Assembly (NCBI GenBank): GCA_965205015.1
Contig: OZ242029.1
Span: 1,248,001-1,312,000 of the forward strand
Length of the DNA: 64,000 nt
Direction: 5' to 3'
Source of the DNA: Candidatus Poribacteria bacterium
GTDB taxonomy: Bacteria; Poribacteria; WGA-4E; WGA-3G
In this document: positions 20,643 through 30,159 of the stretch, piece after piece
Layout: each line of letters starts with the position of its first letter
How positions within the stretch are numbered: position 1 is the stretch's first letter
Translations under genes and position numbers: made by a program
Notes under the pieces: model-generated
The model's input: only the letters and a program-made list of their open reading frames with translations
Database searches by the model: none
Told to the model about the DNA's origin: nothing

Positions 20643-20796
20643 AGAAATCCTCTCTTTTTAGTGTGATCCCTACCATTGGGATCGTTTAACGAAGTACCTT
20701 GATTGATTAAAGTTTGTTATAATTTGCTAACAATTTCACCAAAATCTCTTTTACGCCTTTCCCTAAAAAAGAAAAGCGGTCGCCATACTTTTATAC

Positions 20797-20825
20797 ATTT
20801 TATCAAACCGCCCCTATGTTGTCAA
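20797..20825 (-). promoter_or_regulatory. Sigma70-type promoter of the aap operon
   Basis: TTGACA-17nt-TAAAAT on the minus strand. Confidence 0.6.
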
Positions 20826-20993
20826 GAAAATTAAAGGTTTGTCAATTTGCCCCATTCCGTGCAACTAAACACAAAGTATGCCCTATATCGTGCAGTATTT
20901 TCTCGGGACTCGCCTAAAGATCACAGCAGTCGGTATGGCGCAGATCGGCACAAAATTTGCTACAGTAAAGATGGATTTTACTATAAACGATAC

Positions 20994-21022
20994 TTGACAT
21001 ATTTCGGAAACCTTGTTAGTAT
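20994..21022 (+). promoter_or_regulatory. Sigma70-type promoter of the TPR gene
   Basis: TTGACA-17nt-TAGTAT, followed by an AAGGAG RBS before ATG 21056. Confidence 0.6.
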
Positions 21023-21055
21023 AGTTTGAACCAATACTTGTCAAGGAGAAAAAAG

Positions 21056-22294
21056 ATGAAGAAGTTTATAATCGCAGAAATTTGCGTTGTGCTCGCGCTC
21101 GCCATCGGGTTTTGGCTCGGCCGCATCACGGGCACCGACACGAGTTACGAAAACTACTACGACAACGCCGACAAAGCATGGACAGCAGCACAACACATCG
21201 ACAATCCGCCAATAACACTTGATGAACCCGACAAAAACCGTTTACGCACAGTTCGAGCTGCATATCGCGAAGTTTTTGACAAATATCCTGACAGTTTATG
21301 GGCAGATGATGCCATCTACCAACTTGCTTCACGGATCCCACGGACTGATGAAGAGGCTTTCGCACTCTTTCGTCGACTTATCAACAATTATCCAGATAGC
21401 GAGTGGGCAGACGATTCGATGTACGCCATCGCTTTCGCCTCTTATCAGATCGCCGAGCAGTTAAAAAAGACGGGTACGCTTGAATCCGTAGATGCTTACT
21501 ATGACCGTGCGCTCGCGCTTTATAACCAACTGACTGTAATATACCCGGGCAGTGAACTCTCAGATCAGGCGGAGTTTAATAAAGCGATGTGTTACTATGG
21601 AAAGGGTGAATTGAACCTCGCGCTTGCTCAGTTTGATGCGCTCAGAGAACCGTTTAGCGACAGCCCATTGCTCTACCAGATTCTATACGTCACCGGCGAA
21701 ATTTACATTAAGAAGCAGGACTATGAAAGCGCGCGAGTGGAATTTACAAACGTCGTTGATTCCGGAGATCCCGACCTTTCACCGCTTGCGAGTTTCGGCA
21801 TTCCACAAACTTACCTTGCGGAAGGGAAATACCAAGAAGCGATCGACGGCTACCAGAGAGTCATAGACCTCTATCCAGACGCCAAGGTGGGTCAGGATGC
21901 GTACTTCTATATGGGGTGGGCGTATGAACGGCTTGGCAAATATGACGAAGCCATCGCTCGACTTGAGGAAGCTATCGACCTGTATCCGCGTAATGAAAAT
22001 GCTGCCAACTCACAGATTTATATCGGGCAAATTGCCTACGCCAATAACGACATGGCGAGTGCCATTGACGCGTATCAGAAGGTCGCAGATAACAGTACTT
22101 ACGATTACGATAACCGGCGACAGGCACAGTACTGGGTAGGCAAAATCCATGAGGACGGTGGCGATACGGATTCAGCAGTAGACGCCTACCAGAAGTTGAT
22201 CACAGAATTCCCGGAACCGCACAAAGAGGCAACCCATCCATCGAATAATATCAATGAGAACTACATCCAAAATTTAAGGAGTGCAGGCCTCTAA
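21056..22294 (+). CDS. Membrane-anchored tetratricopeptide-repeat protein (BamD/CpoB-like repeats)
   Basis: N-terminal TM helix; repeated YPDS.WADDA.Y and A...Y..G.Y..AI TPR motifs. Confidence 0.85.
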   Translation: MKKFIIAEICVVLALAIGFWLGRITGTDTSYENYYDNADKAWTAAQHIDNPPITLDEPDKNRLRTVRAAYREVFDKYPDSLWADDAIYQLASRIPRTDEEAFALFRRLINNYPDSEWADDSMYAIAFASYQIAEQLKKTGTLESVDAYYDRALALYNQLTVIYPGSELSDQAEFNKAMCYYGKGELNLALAQFDALREPFSDSPLLYQILYVTGEIYIKKQDYESARVEFTNVVDSGDPDLSPLASFGIPQTYLAEGKYQEAIDGYQRVIDLYPDAKVGQDAYFYMGWAYERLGKYDEAIARLEEAIDLYPRNENAANSQIYIGQIAYANNDMASAIDAYQKVADNSTYDYDNRRQAQYWVGKIHEDGGDTDSAVDAYQKLITEFPEPHKEATHPSNNINENYIQNLRSAGL

Positions 22295-23479
22295 CGCCTG
22301 TCCGAGGTCGGCGATAATATCTTCGGCATCTTCCAGCCCAACGGAAATCCTGACTAAGCCGTCCGTAATGCCGGTCCGCCGACGAATTTCTGCGGGAACA
22401 TGTGAATGCGTCGTTGACGCCGGATGGCAGATGAGGGTGCGTACGTCTCCCAAACTGACTGCCAACGAACAGAGCTGGAGGTGATCAACGAGGTGCTCGC
22501 CTGCGGTGCGTCCACCTTTCAACTCTAACGTTATCATGCCACCAAACGCATCCATCTGGCGTCTGGCGAGTTCATGTTGCGGGTGACTCGATAAACTGGG
22601 ATGCCGGACCCATGACACCGCCGGATGCGCCTCAAGAAACGCTGCGACACGTGTAGCGTTTTCACTGTGTCGCTCAAACCGTAGCGGTAGCGTAGCGAGA
22701 CCGTGAAGTGTTAACCATGCGTTGAACGGACTGATAACTGCTCCAAAATTTCGGAGTGCCCCCTCCTTGGCACGCACAACGAATTCTTTTTGCCCAATCA
22801 TCGCCCCCGCGATAACGGCACCAGAACCACTCATGTACTTCGTCATGCTGTGAACGACGACATCAATACCAAAGGTAATCGGTTGCTGACCGCATGGCGT
22901 GGCGAAGGTGTTGTCAATCATTGAGGTTACACCGTGCGCTTTTGCAATCTCGGCAGCTGCCTGTAAGTCAACCAGCTTTAGGAGTGGATTTGTTGGGCTT
23001 TCAAGGTAAAGGACTTTGGTGTCCGCTCGGATAGCGTGCGCAACTTGTGTAGCATCTGTGGCATCAACAAACGTCGTCTCAATCCCGAATCGTGGGAACT
23101 CCTCATTGAGGATTTGGAAAGTCGCAGAATAGAGGTTCTCCATGGCGACAACATGTCCACCCTCCGCCAAAGCCGTAAGGAGTGCCGTGCTGACGGCTCC
23201 CATCCCTGACGCGGTAGCGAGTGCGGCTTCACCGGCTTCTAGGACAGCGAGTTTCTGTTCTAACACCTCTTGTGTTGGATTCCCCCAGCGCGTATAGACA
23301 TAACCGCTCTCTTCATCTTGGAACGCCTCGGCGCATTCAGCGGCTGTTGCGAAACGGAACGTGCTGTTCTGATAGATAGGCGGTAACAAAGGAACCCCTG
23401 TTTTTTCGGTAGAGGATGCCCGCGTTTCGCCCGCATGGATGGCTTGGGTGGCTTTACCTAAATTTTTTTGAGATGCCAT
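22274..23479 (-). CDS. Cys/Met metabolism PLP enzyme (methionine gamma-lyase / cystathionine gamma-synthase family)
   Basis: YTRWGNPT, SGMGA, ESPTNP, DNTFATP, HSMTKY (PLP Lys), VSLGD, LVRISVGLED. Start MASQK at 23479. Confidence 0.9.
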   Translation of the reverse strand: MASQKNLGKATQAIHAGETRASSTEKTGVPLLPPIYQNSTFRFATAAECAEAFQDEESGYVYTRWGNPTQEVLEQKLAVLEAGEAALATASGMGAVSTALLTALAEGGHVVAMENLYSATFQILNEEFPRFGIETTFVDATDATQVAHAIRADTKVLYLESPTNPLLKLVDLQAAAEIAKAHGVTSMIDNTFATPCGQQPITFGIDVVVHSMTKYMSGSGAVIAGAMIGQKEFVVRAKEGALRNFGAVISPFNAWLTLHGLATLPLRFERHSENATRVAAFLEAHPAVSWVRHPSLSSHPQHELARRQMDAFGGMITLELKGGRTAGEHLVDHLQLCSLAVSLGDVRTLICHPASTTHSHVPAEIRRRTGITDGLVRISVGLEDAEDIIADLGQALEACTP

Positions 23480-23511
23480 GAAACTCCTTGGAGGTTTTGT
23501 ACTGGAAGAAT

Positions 23512-23643
23512 TTGTGGGCACCCACAAGGGGTGCCCCTACAAGACGCATACATATTTTGATAAATCACCTTAATTGATCAATTGCGGGCATCCACAAGGG
23601 GTGCCCCTACAAGACGCATACATATTTTGATAAATCACCTTAA
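23512..23643. repeat. Tandem duplication (two ~62-bp copies, period 70) containing a GTAG-type palindrome and the ogt 3' end
   Basis: gggcaYccacaaggggtgcccctacaagacgcatacatattttgataaatcaccttaa at 23512-23573 and 23582-23643. A related palindrome lies at 30011-30040. Confidence 0.9.
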
Positions 23644-24222
23644 GGACTCGATAGGATGACCTTCAAGTGCCAACAACTGACGTTTGCGTTCCAGACCGCC
23701 ACCGTAGCCACCTAACGCGCCATTACTCCTAACGACACGATGACACGGGTTGATAATAACCGCAGTGTTTGCCCCAACCGCGCCGCCGACAGCTCGAACT
23801 GCTTTCGGTTTTCCTACCTGTTCTGCAACCCATTTATAACTACGTACCTCTCCATAAGGAATCTGACGAATCGTCTCCCACACCCGGTTCTGAAAATCCG
23901 TCCCCCAGTTCACTCGGATCGGAACCGTGGAAAACTCCAGCGGCTGCCCAGCGAAATATTGGTCGAGCAGGTCCTGTGCATAAGTGAGTACAGGATATTG
24001 GCTTTGGATAGGTGATGGTTCACGGAACGGAAAATCATCGGTAAAGAAAACATGCGAAAGTCCCTCCGCATCCGCCGCAACTATGCCCATGCCCCCGAGC
24101 GGAGACTCGTAAGCAATCGTCCGAGAGGCAAAGTAATTTCGCGCATCTTCGTAAGCTTGCGCATCAAAAGGTATCTCCTTAGAGATTTCCTCACGAAACA
24201 GTTTGAATGGATTTATTTTCAT
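23635..24222 (-). CDS. ogt: Methylated-DNA--protein-cysteine methyltransferase
   Basis: GTDFQ..VW..I..IPYGE..SY, RAVG, PCHRVV, GYGGGLERK. Confidence 0.92.
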   Translation of the reverse strand: MKINPFKLFREEISKEIPFDAQAYEDARNYFASRTIAYESPLGGMGIVAADAEGLSHVFFTDDFPFREPSPIQSQYPVLTYAQDLLDQYFAGQPLEFSTVPIRVNWGTDFQNRVWETIRQIPYGEVRSYKWVAEQVGKPKAVRAVGGAVGANTAVIINPCHRVVRSNGALGGYGGGLERKRQLLALEGHPIESLR

Positions 24223-24229
24223 TTTTTAT

Positions 24230-24258
24230 TTGACTTCCAATTCCTTATACAGTATGCT
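24230..24258 (+). promoter_or_regulatory. Sigma70-type promoter of the SCP2-PhyH-VOC operon
   Basis: TTGACT-17nt-TATGCT, 12 nt upstream of ATG 24271. Confidence 0.5.
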
Positions 24259-24270
24259 ATATCGCAAACT

Positions 24271-24669
24271 ATGGCTATATTTGAAACACCCGATCAACTC
24301 TATAGTTACATTAGTGAACTGTTTGAAGAAATCGCTATGCTACCGGAAGCGAAAGAGGCACTGAAGTCGGTGACGCTGAATGTTCAATTTAACTACAGCG
24401 CGCCCGATTGCCAGATGACCCTAACGGTAGCAAATGGTGAATATACGATTGCCCGCGGTACTTGTGACGATACCTCTCCAGATGTCGAACTCACTATGAC
24501 AGGTGACGTTGCCCACAAATTTTGGACAGGCGAACTCAACGTTATGGGAGCGATAACAACACGCGAGATCGGCATCATCGGTTCTCTTGGTAAGATGATG
24601 CGGCTCGCGCCGCTCATCAAGACAGTAGTCCGTTACAACCGCGAGCGAGAAATAGGTTTGAATTCCTAA
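24271..24669 (+). CDS. SCP2 sterol-binding-domain protein
   Basis: PDVELTMTGD...FWTGELNVMGAITTREI.I.GSLGKMMRL SCP2 pattern. True start MAIFETP at 24271; the upstream extension overlaps ogt. Confidence 0.75.
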   Translation: MAIFETPDQLYSYISELFEEIAMLPEAKEALKSVTLNVQFNYSAPDCQMTLTVANGEYTIARGTCDDTSPDVELTMTGDVAHKFWTGELNVMGAITTREIGIIGSLGKMMRLAPLIKTVVRYNREREIGLNS

Positions 24670-24686
24670 GATTTAAGGAGGCGTCA

Positions 24687-25478
24687 ATGGAAACCGACAA
24701 TCTATTAGAAACGATCAAACCTCACGTTATACAACTACGGGAAGAGGGCTGGTGCGTCTTAGACAACGTTGTTCCCGCCGATGTGGTTGATGCGGTTCGT
24801 GAAGAGGTCGAAACCTCTGAAGCGGACTATAACGAGTTTAGAAAAGAGCACGGTGTATGGGGACGCAACGTCATCAGTTTCATGCCGAAATTCGCCGCAC
24901 ACCTTGCGAACGAGCGGCTCCTTACCACGATCCAGCAGTTACTCGGACCCCAAGTGCGTATTTCACAGACTGAGTATAAGATCCGACCTCCACATTACGA
25001 ATTGGTGCGTGCATACCACTCCGACTTTCCATACGATTTGAACCAGAAGTGGCATATCCCGCAGCCGTTTCCGACTGCTGTTATCGGTATCACGACCCTC
25101 TGGATGCTGTCCGAGTTCACAACAGAAAATGGAGGGACCTGGATTGTTCCCAAAACGCATGTGGACCTTCGAAATCCCAGAGGCAAAGCAGACAACATTG
25201 GTGACCGGAATCCGATTGATGGAGAAATGCAAGCCGTTGGCAGCGCCGGCAGTGTCCTCATCATGGACAGCCGGATTTGGCACTCCAACGCGGAAAACCC
25301 GAGTGCTGGCAAACGGACTGCGGTCGTCGTCAGATACGCGCCGTGGTGGTTGAATTTAGAACTTTTTGGTGCGAACACCGCCACGATTCCGGGCGAAACG
25401 TTCGATAAGTTACCGGATGATGTCAAATTGCTCTATGAGCATCGCGCAGAAAACCGGGAACCGACTGTCTGGATCTAA
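24687..25478 (+). CDS. PhyH-family dioxygenase
   Basis: LREEGWCVL, HSD, WMLSEFTTENGGTWIVP.TH, AGSVLIMDSRIWH...RT. Confidence 0.88.
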   Translation: METDNLLETIKPHVIQLREEGWCVLDNVVPADVVDAVREEVETSEADYNEFRKEHGVWGRNVISFMPKFAAHLANERLLTTIQQLLGPQVRISQTEYKIRPPHYELVRAYHSDFPYDLNQKWHIPQPFPTAVIGITTLWMLSEFTTENGGTWIVPKTHVDLRNPRGKADNIGDRNPIDGEMQAVGSAGSVLIMDSRIWHSNAENPSAGKRTAVVVRYAPWWLNLELFGANTATIPGETFDKLPDDVKLLYEHRAENREPTVWI

Positions 25479-25524
25479 AGTAGTAGGCATACGCCGTATG
25501 CCGTAATAAAAAAGGAGATATCCC

Positions 25525-25953
25525 ATGTCAACAACACTTGTACACATCGGTGTCCGTACAACCGATTTGGAAAAAAGCATCCGTTTCTGGCGCGATGCGC
25601 TCGGATTGCGGGTCTTCTCAACGATGAATGGATGTTATGACCTTACGGACGGTTATCACAACTTCCGCGTGTTTCAGCACCGAGGTCCCGATCGCCCGAA
25701 ACATGTCGGCGGGATGTTAGATTACCTCCACATCGGTGTTCGTGTTCCCAACCTACGAGAAGCAGCACAACGGTGTGAGGACCTCGGTTTCACAATCACC
25801 TGGGAAGGATTAGGGGGTGACAAACCTTACGACCCAAATTCGGATGCGTTGCCTTCAGAAGCCTTCAAGATAGAAGACCCGGACGGCATCGTCGTTGATA
25901 TTACCGAGCAAGACGACCAGTGGCCCGGTGTGGACATCGATAGCAAGAATTGA
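25525..25953 (+). CDS. VOC/glyoxalase-family protein
   Basis: HIGVRTTDLEKSIRFWRDALG; HIGVRV; EDPDG..VDI. Confidence 0.85.
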   Translation: MSTTLVHIGVRTTDLEKSIRFWRDALGLRVFSTMNGCYDLTDGYHNFRVFQHRGPDRPKHVGGMLDYLHIGVRVPNLREAAQRCEDLGFTITWEGLGGDKPYDPNSDALPSEAFKIEDPDGIVVDITEQDDQWPGVDIDSKN

Positions 25954-26012
25954 AGACGACAATTCACGGCAACATCGATAGACGCGGTTTTACGCCGCGT
26001 CCTTTCACATAA

Positions 26013-26708
26013 TTACTCGTCACCGCCACCCAACAGTCCCAATCGGAACAGGTAATAGAGCAGTGTCAGGAGGCTCGTCACTGCCGCCGCGAGATACGTC
26101 AAAAATGCGGCATTGAGCACCTTACTGGCGTGTTGATTCTCTTCTTGCGTGAGCATCCCTGCTTCCGCCATTGCGACTTTGGCGCGTTTGCTTGCATCCC
26201 ACTCAACGGGAAGCGTTATCAACGAAAAAACGACACTTACTGCGAAAAGTCCAACACCGAACAGCAGAAAGGGTTGAATAAAGAAACCGACCATTATCAG
26301 GATATAAGAGAACATCGAACTAAAGTTCGTCGCCGGAACGAGGGCAGTCCGTAGGTTCAGCATTGCATAGCCGTGTGCATCCTGCATCGCATGTCCGGCT
26401 TCATGGCAGGCAACCCCTATTGCGGAAAGCGATTGACTTGAATAGACGTCATCGGATAACCTGAGTGCCTTCTCGCCCGGATCATAATGGTCGCTTAACC
26501 ATCCACTTGAGCGTTCGATCCGTACGCCGCTCACACCGTGCCTTTTCAACATCAGATCGGCGGCTTGCGCGCCCGTCATTCCGCTACGCGACCCGACCTG
26601 TGAATATTTTGAGAACGTCGATTTTGTGCGAAACGTCGCGTAGAGGGACAGAGCAAGTCCCGGTGCGAGAAACACGAAATAGAGCGGATCAAAGAAACCC
26701 AAAAACAT
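26013..26708 (-). CDS. Membrane zinc metallopeptidase (YugP/Zn_peptidase_2 family)
   Basis: LSDHYDP, ACHEAGHAMQ, LITLPVEWDASKRA, VLNAAFLTY. Confidence 0.9.
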   Translation of the reverse strand: MFLGFFDPLYFVFLAPGLALSLYATFRTKSTFSKYSQVGSRSGMTGAQAADLMLKRHGVSGVRIERSSGWLSDHYDPGEKALRLSDDVYSSQSLSAIGVACHEAGHAMQDAHGYAMLNLRTALVPATNFSSMFSYILIMVGFFIQPFLLFGVGLFAVSVVFSLITLPVEWDASKRAKVAMAEAGMLTQEENQHASKVLNAAFLTYLAAAVTSLLTLLYYLFRLGLLGGGDE

Positions 26709-26947
26709 GATAGACACCTCCAAATTTTTAATTTTTAATTATACCTTGCGGAGAAATGACGTGCGTTTAGATTCTTACGGGCATCCCTTAAATCCGCACT
26801 CCATTCCATTACGTGCTAACGTTTTTGAAACCTTTTTAGACTAAAAACCTATCGTATCTTATGACTGTCGTTAAATGTGTGTCAGGTTAAGAAATTATAC
26901 AGGATATTTTGACGAAATTCAAATCATTTTTAGGCGAGGAACAATAG

Positions 26948-27796
26948 ATGCTTAGAATAATTGATACCCACCAACACCTCTGGGATACCTCTAATTTGGA
27001 ATATCCTTGGTTAGAGGGGTTCGACCTATTGGGAAAGCGATACACGGCAGAAGATTACCGCGAGGCGATTGGGGACCTTAATGTCGTCAGATCGGTGCAC
27101 GTTGAAGGCGACCCCGCTGAAACGGATGTTGTCAAGGAGGTCGAGTGGCTCACACATATATCCGAGACAGATGGGATGATAGGTGCGATAGCGGCAGCGG
27201 CACCGCTTGAAAAACCGAATGCCGAGGCGATTCTTGAGCAACTCACAGGATTCGGGCTTGTCGTCGGCGTGCGTCGGATGGCGTGGCATCATCCCGATCC
27301 GCAGTTTTACGCCACACCTGAACTGATTAACGGCGTGAAACTGCTGACGAAATTCGATCTCTCTTTCGAACTCTGTGCGAATCATGCGCAGCTGCCGGCG
27401 GCAATCGAACTCGTCAAGGCGACACCGGATGTTCGGCATGCCCTTAACCACTGCGGGGGACCCGACATAAAGGGCGGGCAATTCGAGCCGTGGGCAACGC
27501 ATATCAACGCACTCGCCGCCTTCGAGAACGTTCACTGCAAGGTATCGGGGATTGTGACGACTGCAAGTGAGAATTGGACGCGTGAGGAACTGAAACCGTA
27601 TATCCAGCATCTGATAGAGGCTTTCGGCTATGAACGGCTGATGTTTGGGAGTGATTGGCCCGTGTGTACCTTGGCGGCGACATATCAGGAATGGGTCGCG
27701 GCACTTTTAGGGACCGTTGCGGATGCGTCCGATGCCGAAAAGAATAGACTCTTTTATGAAAACGCTGCGGAATTTTATTCTATTTCGTTTGAATAA
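26948..27796 (+). CDS. Amidohydrolase_2 family (L-fuconolactonase-like)
   Basis: IDTHQHLW, NHCGGP, CKVSG, MFGSDWPV. Confidence 0.88.
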   Translation: MLRIIDTHQHLWDTSNLEYPWLEGFDLLGKRYTAEDYREAIGDLNVVRSVHVEGDPAETDVVKEVEWLTHISETDGMIGAIAAAAPLEKPNAEAILEQLTGFGLVVGVRRMAWHHPDPQFYATPELINGVKLLTKFDLSFELCANHAQLPAAIELVKATPDVRHALNHCGGPDIKGGQFEPWATHINALAAFENVHCKVSGIVTTASENWTREELKPYIQHLIEAFGYERLMFGSDWPVCTLAATYQEWVAALLGTVADASDAEKNRLFYENAAEFYSISFE

Positions 27797-27932
27797 TTGT
27801 TTTATCAAAATCTTCAGCGTCAAAACTCCATGCATTCCTTCAATGGGAAAGGGCGAGGTTAGAAACCTCGCCAGCACGGAAGAACCCCAGTAACGGAAAT
27901 TGACCGTTGACAACTGACTGCTGCCAGCCATG

Positions 27933-29879
27933 TCATTGGAGCATAATCAGTACCGGTTCGACTTCGAGGGTCTCTTGAATGCGTTGCTTCAACTCCATTG
28001 ATTCAGCCCGCGTGCCGAATTCACCGATCGTTACGCGGTGCACTGTTTTGCCATCAACAGTAGCGACACGGAGAGCGACTGTCTGATCTGGATTCTGCAA
28101 CTGTAATCTTTCTCCCATGGCTTCAGCGTAGGAGCGTTCCACAAATGAACCTACCATGAGTGTCAACTTGCTGGATACCGACGCGCTTTTTTGCTGATCC
28201 CTTATTCCAAACTGTAACGTCGCCTGTTCCGTGCTCCGATTGCCAGCAATGTCTTGAACGTGTAACTTGCCAGTGTAAACAGCATTCGGATCCACTTGGA
28301 CTTTGCTCAAAACGACCTCGGCAGGCGGCGAACCGTTTCCCTCTGCCTGCTCAATCAGCGCGTTTTTCGTGTCGAACAGCTCAAATTTCCACTGCGCAAG
28401 CGGATTGATGTCCCACACCTTCACACCAACAGTTGTGGGTGTTTTCGCGAAAAGTTCCAACGTCGTTGGAATGAGGTCTACGGTCACCTTCTCAGTATCT
28501 ACGAAGTGTCGTGTGCCTTGCGCGTCAAGAATGTGGAGTTGAACCTCGTAATTTCCATCAGGCACCAAGTTGCCGGTATCAGCGATACCATCCCAGACGA
28601 TACCTTCCGCTGGCACCCCCGTCCCAGACTTTCCCCAAATACTTTCGGTATATTCATCGAGGATGTTCAACTGCCACTGGAGGGGGGCGGTGCCGTTTTC
28701 TCCGAGGTGTAAACGAAATGTGGTGTTATCTGAAACACCATCACCATTCGGCGAAATTGCAGGTTCGGAGGGATTCAACTTTCCATCAATGGTTTCAGGA
28801 TCTATTTCGAGCGTTGTCGGCATTAAGATCGTGGGCATCTCATCGGCATCAGAGGCCTCGCTGGAGGTTGCCACCGATACGGGTGCTGTATCGTTCCCGC
28901 CCCAGCGTAACGTCGCCGAGATCCAATGCACACCTTGCTCCAATTCAGTGCCACTCACATAGGCATAATCGAGTTGTCCCGAGGAATTTCGGAAACTCAG
29001 TCCCCGTGCCAATTCACCACTCCAGAACCTTTCAGAAGCGGTCAAGGCGGTATAACCGAAGCGCAGCCCGATGTGCCCATCTATGAACCAATGCTCTGCC
29101 CCGAAGTGCAACCGGAGGCGCTCCCCCCAGTTCACGTCATTCTTACCCCGGACGGCGAGATCCGCTGAAAAGAGTGTATTCCCGGCTACCTCATAAGTCG
29201 TTCCGAAGCGTGCGGCTAAGGGTGCACTCTCAAGAAGTACGCCGTTCTCACGAATGCCACTGCTTAATTCGGAGAAGTTGACACCTAACTTTACCGAATC
29301 CCCCCATTTTTGCAACGGATAGGCGAACTGCATCCCTAAGTCCACACTCCACAGAAAATTGGTTCTGATGGGTGTGTTGTTCTGATAGTAGCGTAGGTTC
29401 GCACCTGCCGAGGCACGCTGTCCAAGCGCAAATCCGTATCCGAGAAGGACGATCTGTGTAGACTCCGTCGTGTTATTTTTCCACCCATCAAGCCATGTGG
29501 CAAAGGAAACATTCCCTAAATTCCTGCTCGTCACACCGAAGGTCTGTGGATTCGCGGCGACTGAAAACGCCTGATCGCGGCTTGAGAAATTTCCTGGAAA
29601 CGGCATCCCCCCCATGTTGACTTCCACACCATCCATAAATCCTAATGAAGACGGGTTCCATAGAAAACCGTTGGTCGCGGAAGGACCTGCGGTGAACGCA
29701 CTGCCCATCCCGACGGCGCGGGCACTTGCCCCCACAAAAATATCCCGTTGGCTTATGCTCGAAGTCCCGGCAGAAACGGATACGGCTGCCAACATCATCC
29801 CGACGATACTGATGTGTTGGACGATTCGCAGTAGGCATTGCCTACTCCCTCGAAAAAAATTGAACTGCATCGGATACAC
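27933..29879 (-). CDS. PorV-like beta-barrel + FlgD-type Ig domain + C-terminal SPOR domain protein
   Basis: GASARAVGMGSAF...WNPSSL (PorV/FadL-like N-terminus); ISPNGDG...WDG.ADTG..VPDGNY (FlgD-Ig); VGSF.ERSYA...HRVTIGEF.TRAE (SPOR). Start uncertain. Confidence 0.65.
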   Translation of the reverse strand: MYPMQFNFFRGSRQCLLRIVQHISIVGMMLAAVSVSAGTSSISQRDIFVGASARAVGMGSAFTAGPSATNGFLWNPSSLGFMDGVEVNMGGMPFPGNFSSRDQAFSVAANPQTFGVTSRNLGNVSFATWLDGWKNNTTESTQIVLLGYGFALGQRASAGANLRYYQNNTPIRTNFLWSVDLGMQFAYPLQKWGDSVKLGVNFSELSSGIRENGVLLESAPLAARFGTTYEVAGNTLFSADLAVRGKNDVNWGERLRLHFGAEHWFIDGHIGLRFGYTALTASERFWSGELARGLSFRNSSGQLDYAYVSGTELEQGVHWISATLRWGGNDTAPVSVATSSEASDADEMPTILMPTTLEIDPETIDGKLNPSEPAISPNGDGVSDNTTFRLHLGENGTAPLQWQLNILDEYTESIWGKSGTGVPAEGIVWDGIADTGNLVPDGNYEVQLHILDAQGTRHFVDTEKVTVDLIPTTLELFAKTPTTVGVKVWDINPLAQWKFELFDTKNALIEQAEGNGSPPAEVVLSKVQVDPNAVYTGKLHVQDIAGNRSTEQATLQFGIRDQQKSASVSSKLTLMVGSFVERSYAEAMGERLQLQNPDQTVALRVATVDGKTVHRVTIGEFGTRAESMELKQRIQETLEVEPVLIMLQ

Positions 29880-30159
29880 CCCATTGCTGTTTTGAAGTTA
29901 GTGATATATTCATCTACAACGTTTAACGCTGAATCTATGAAAATGGGTACAGATAGGATGGTTTGGTTTTCTGTAGATAGGGAGATCCGACGAATGTAAA
30001 GAAAAAGCGTTTGCAGGCACCCACAAGGGACGCCCCTACGAGATGTAAACTGGGTAGATATTAGATAGCATTAATTAGACCTTCCCGAATGATCCCTCAT
30101 GTCGGTTAGCGTCCTTGGGACTGGTGCAGACTCACAGTCTACGCGACAAATAGGTCTAT

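Noticed and set aside
23512-23643. Possible mini CRISPR array
   Set aside because: Only two long copies separated by 8 nt, no unique spacers and no cas genes.
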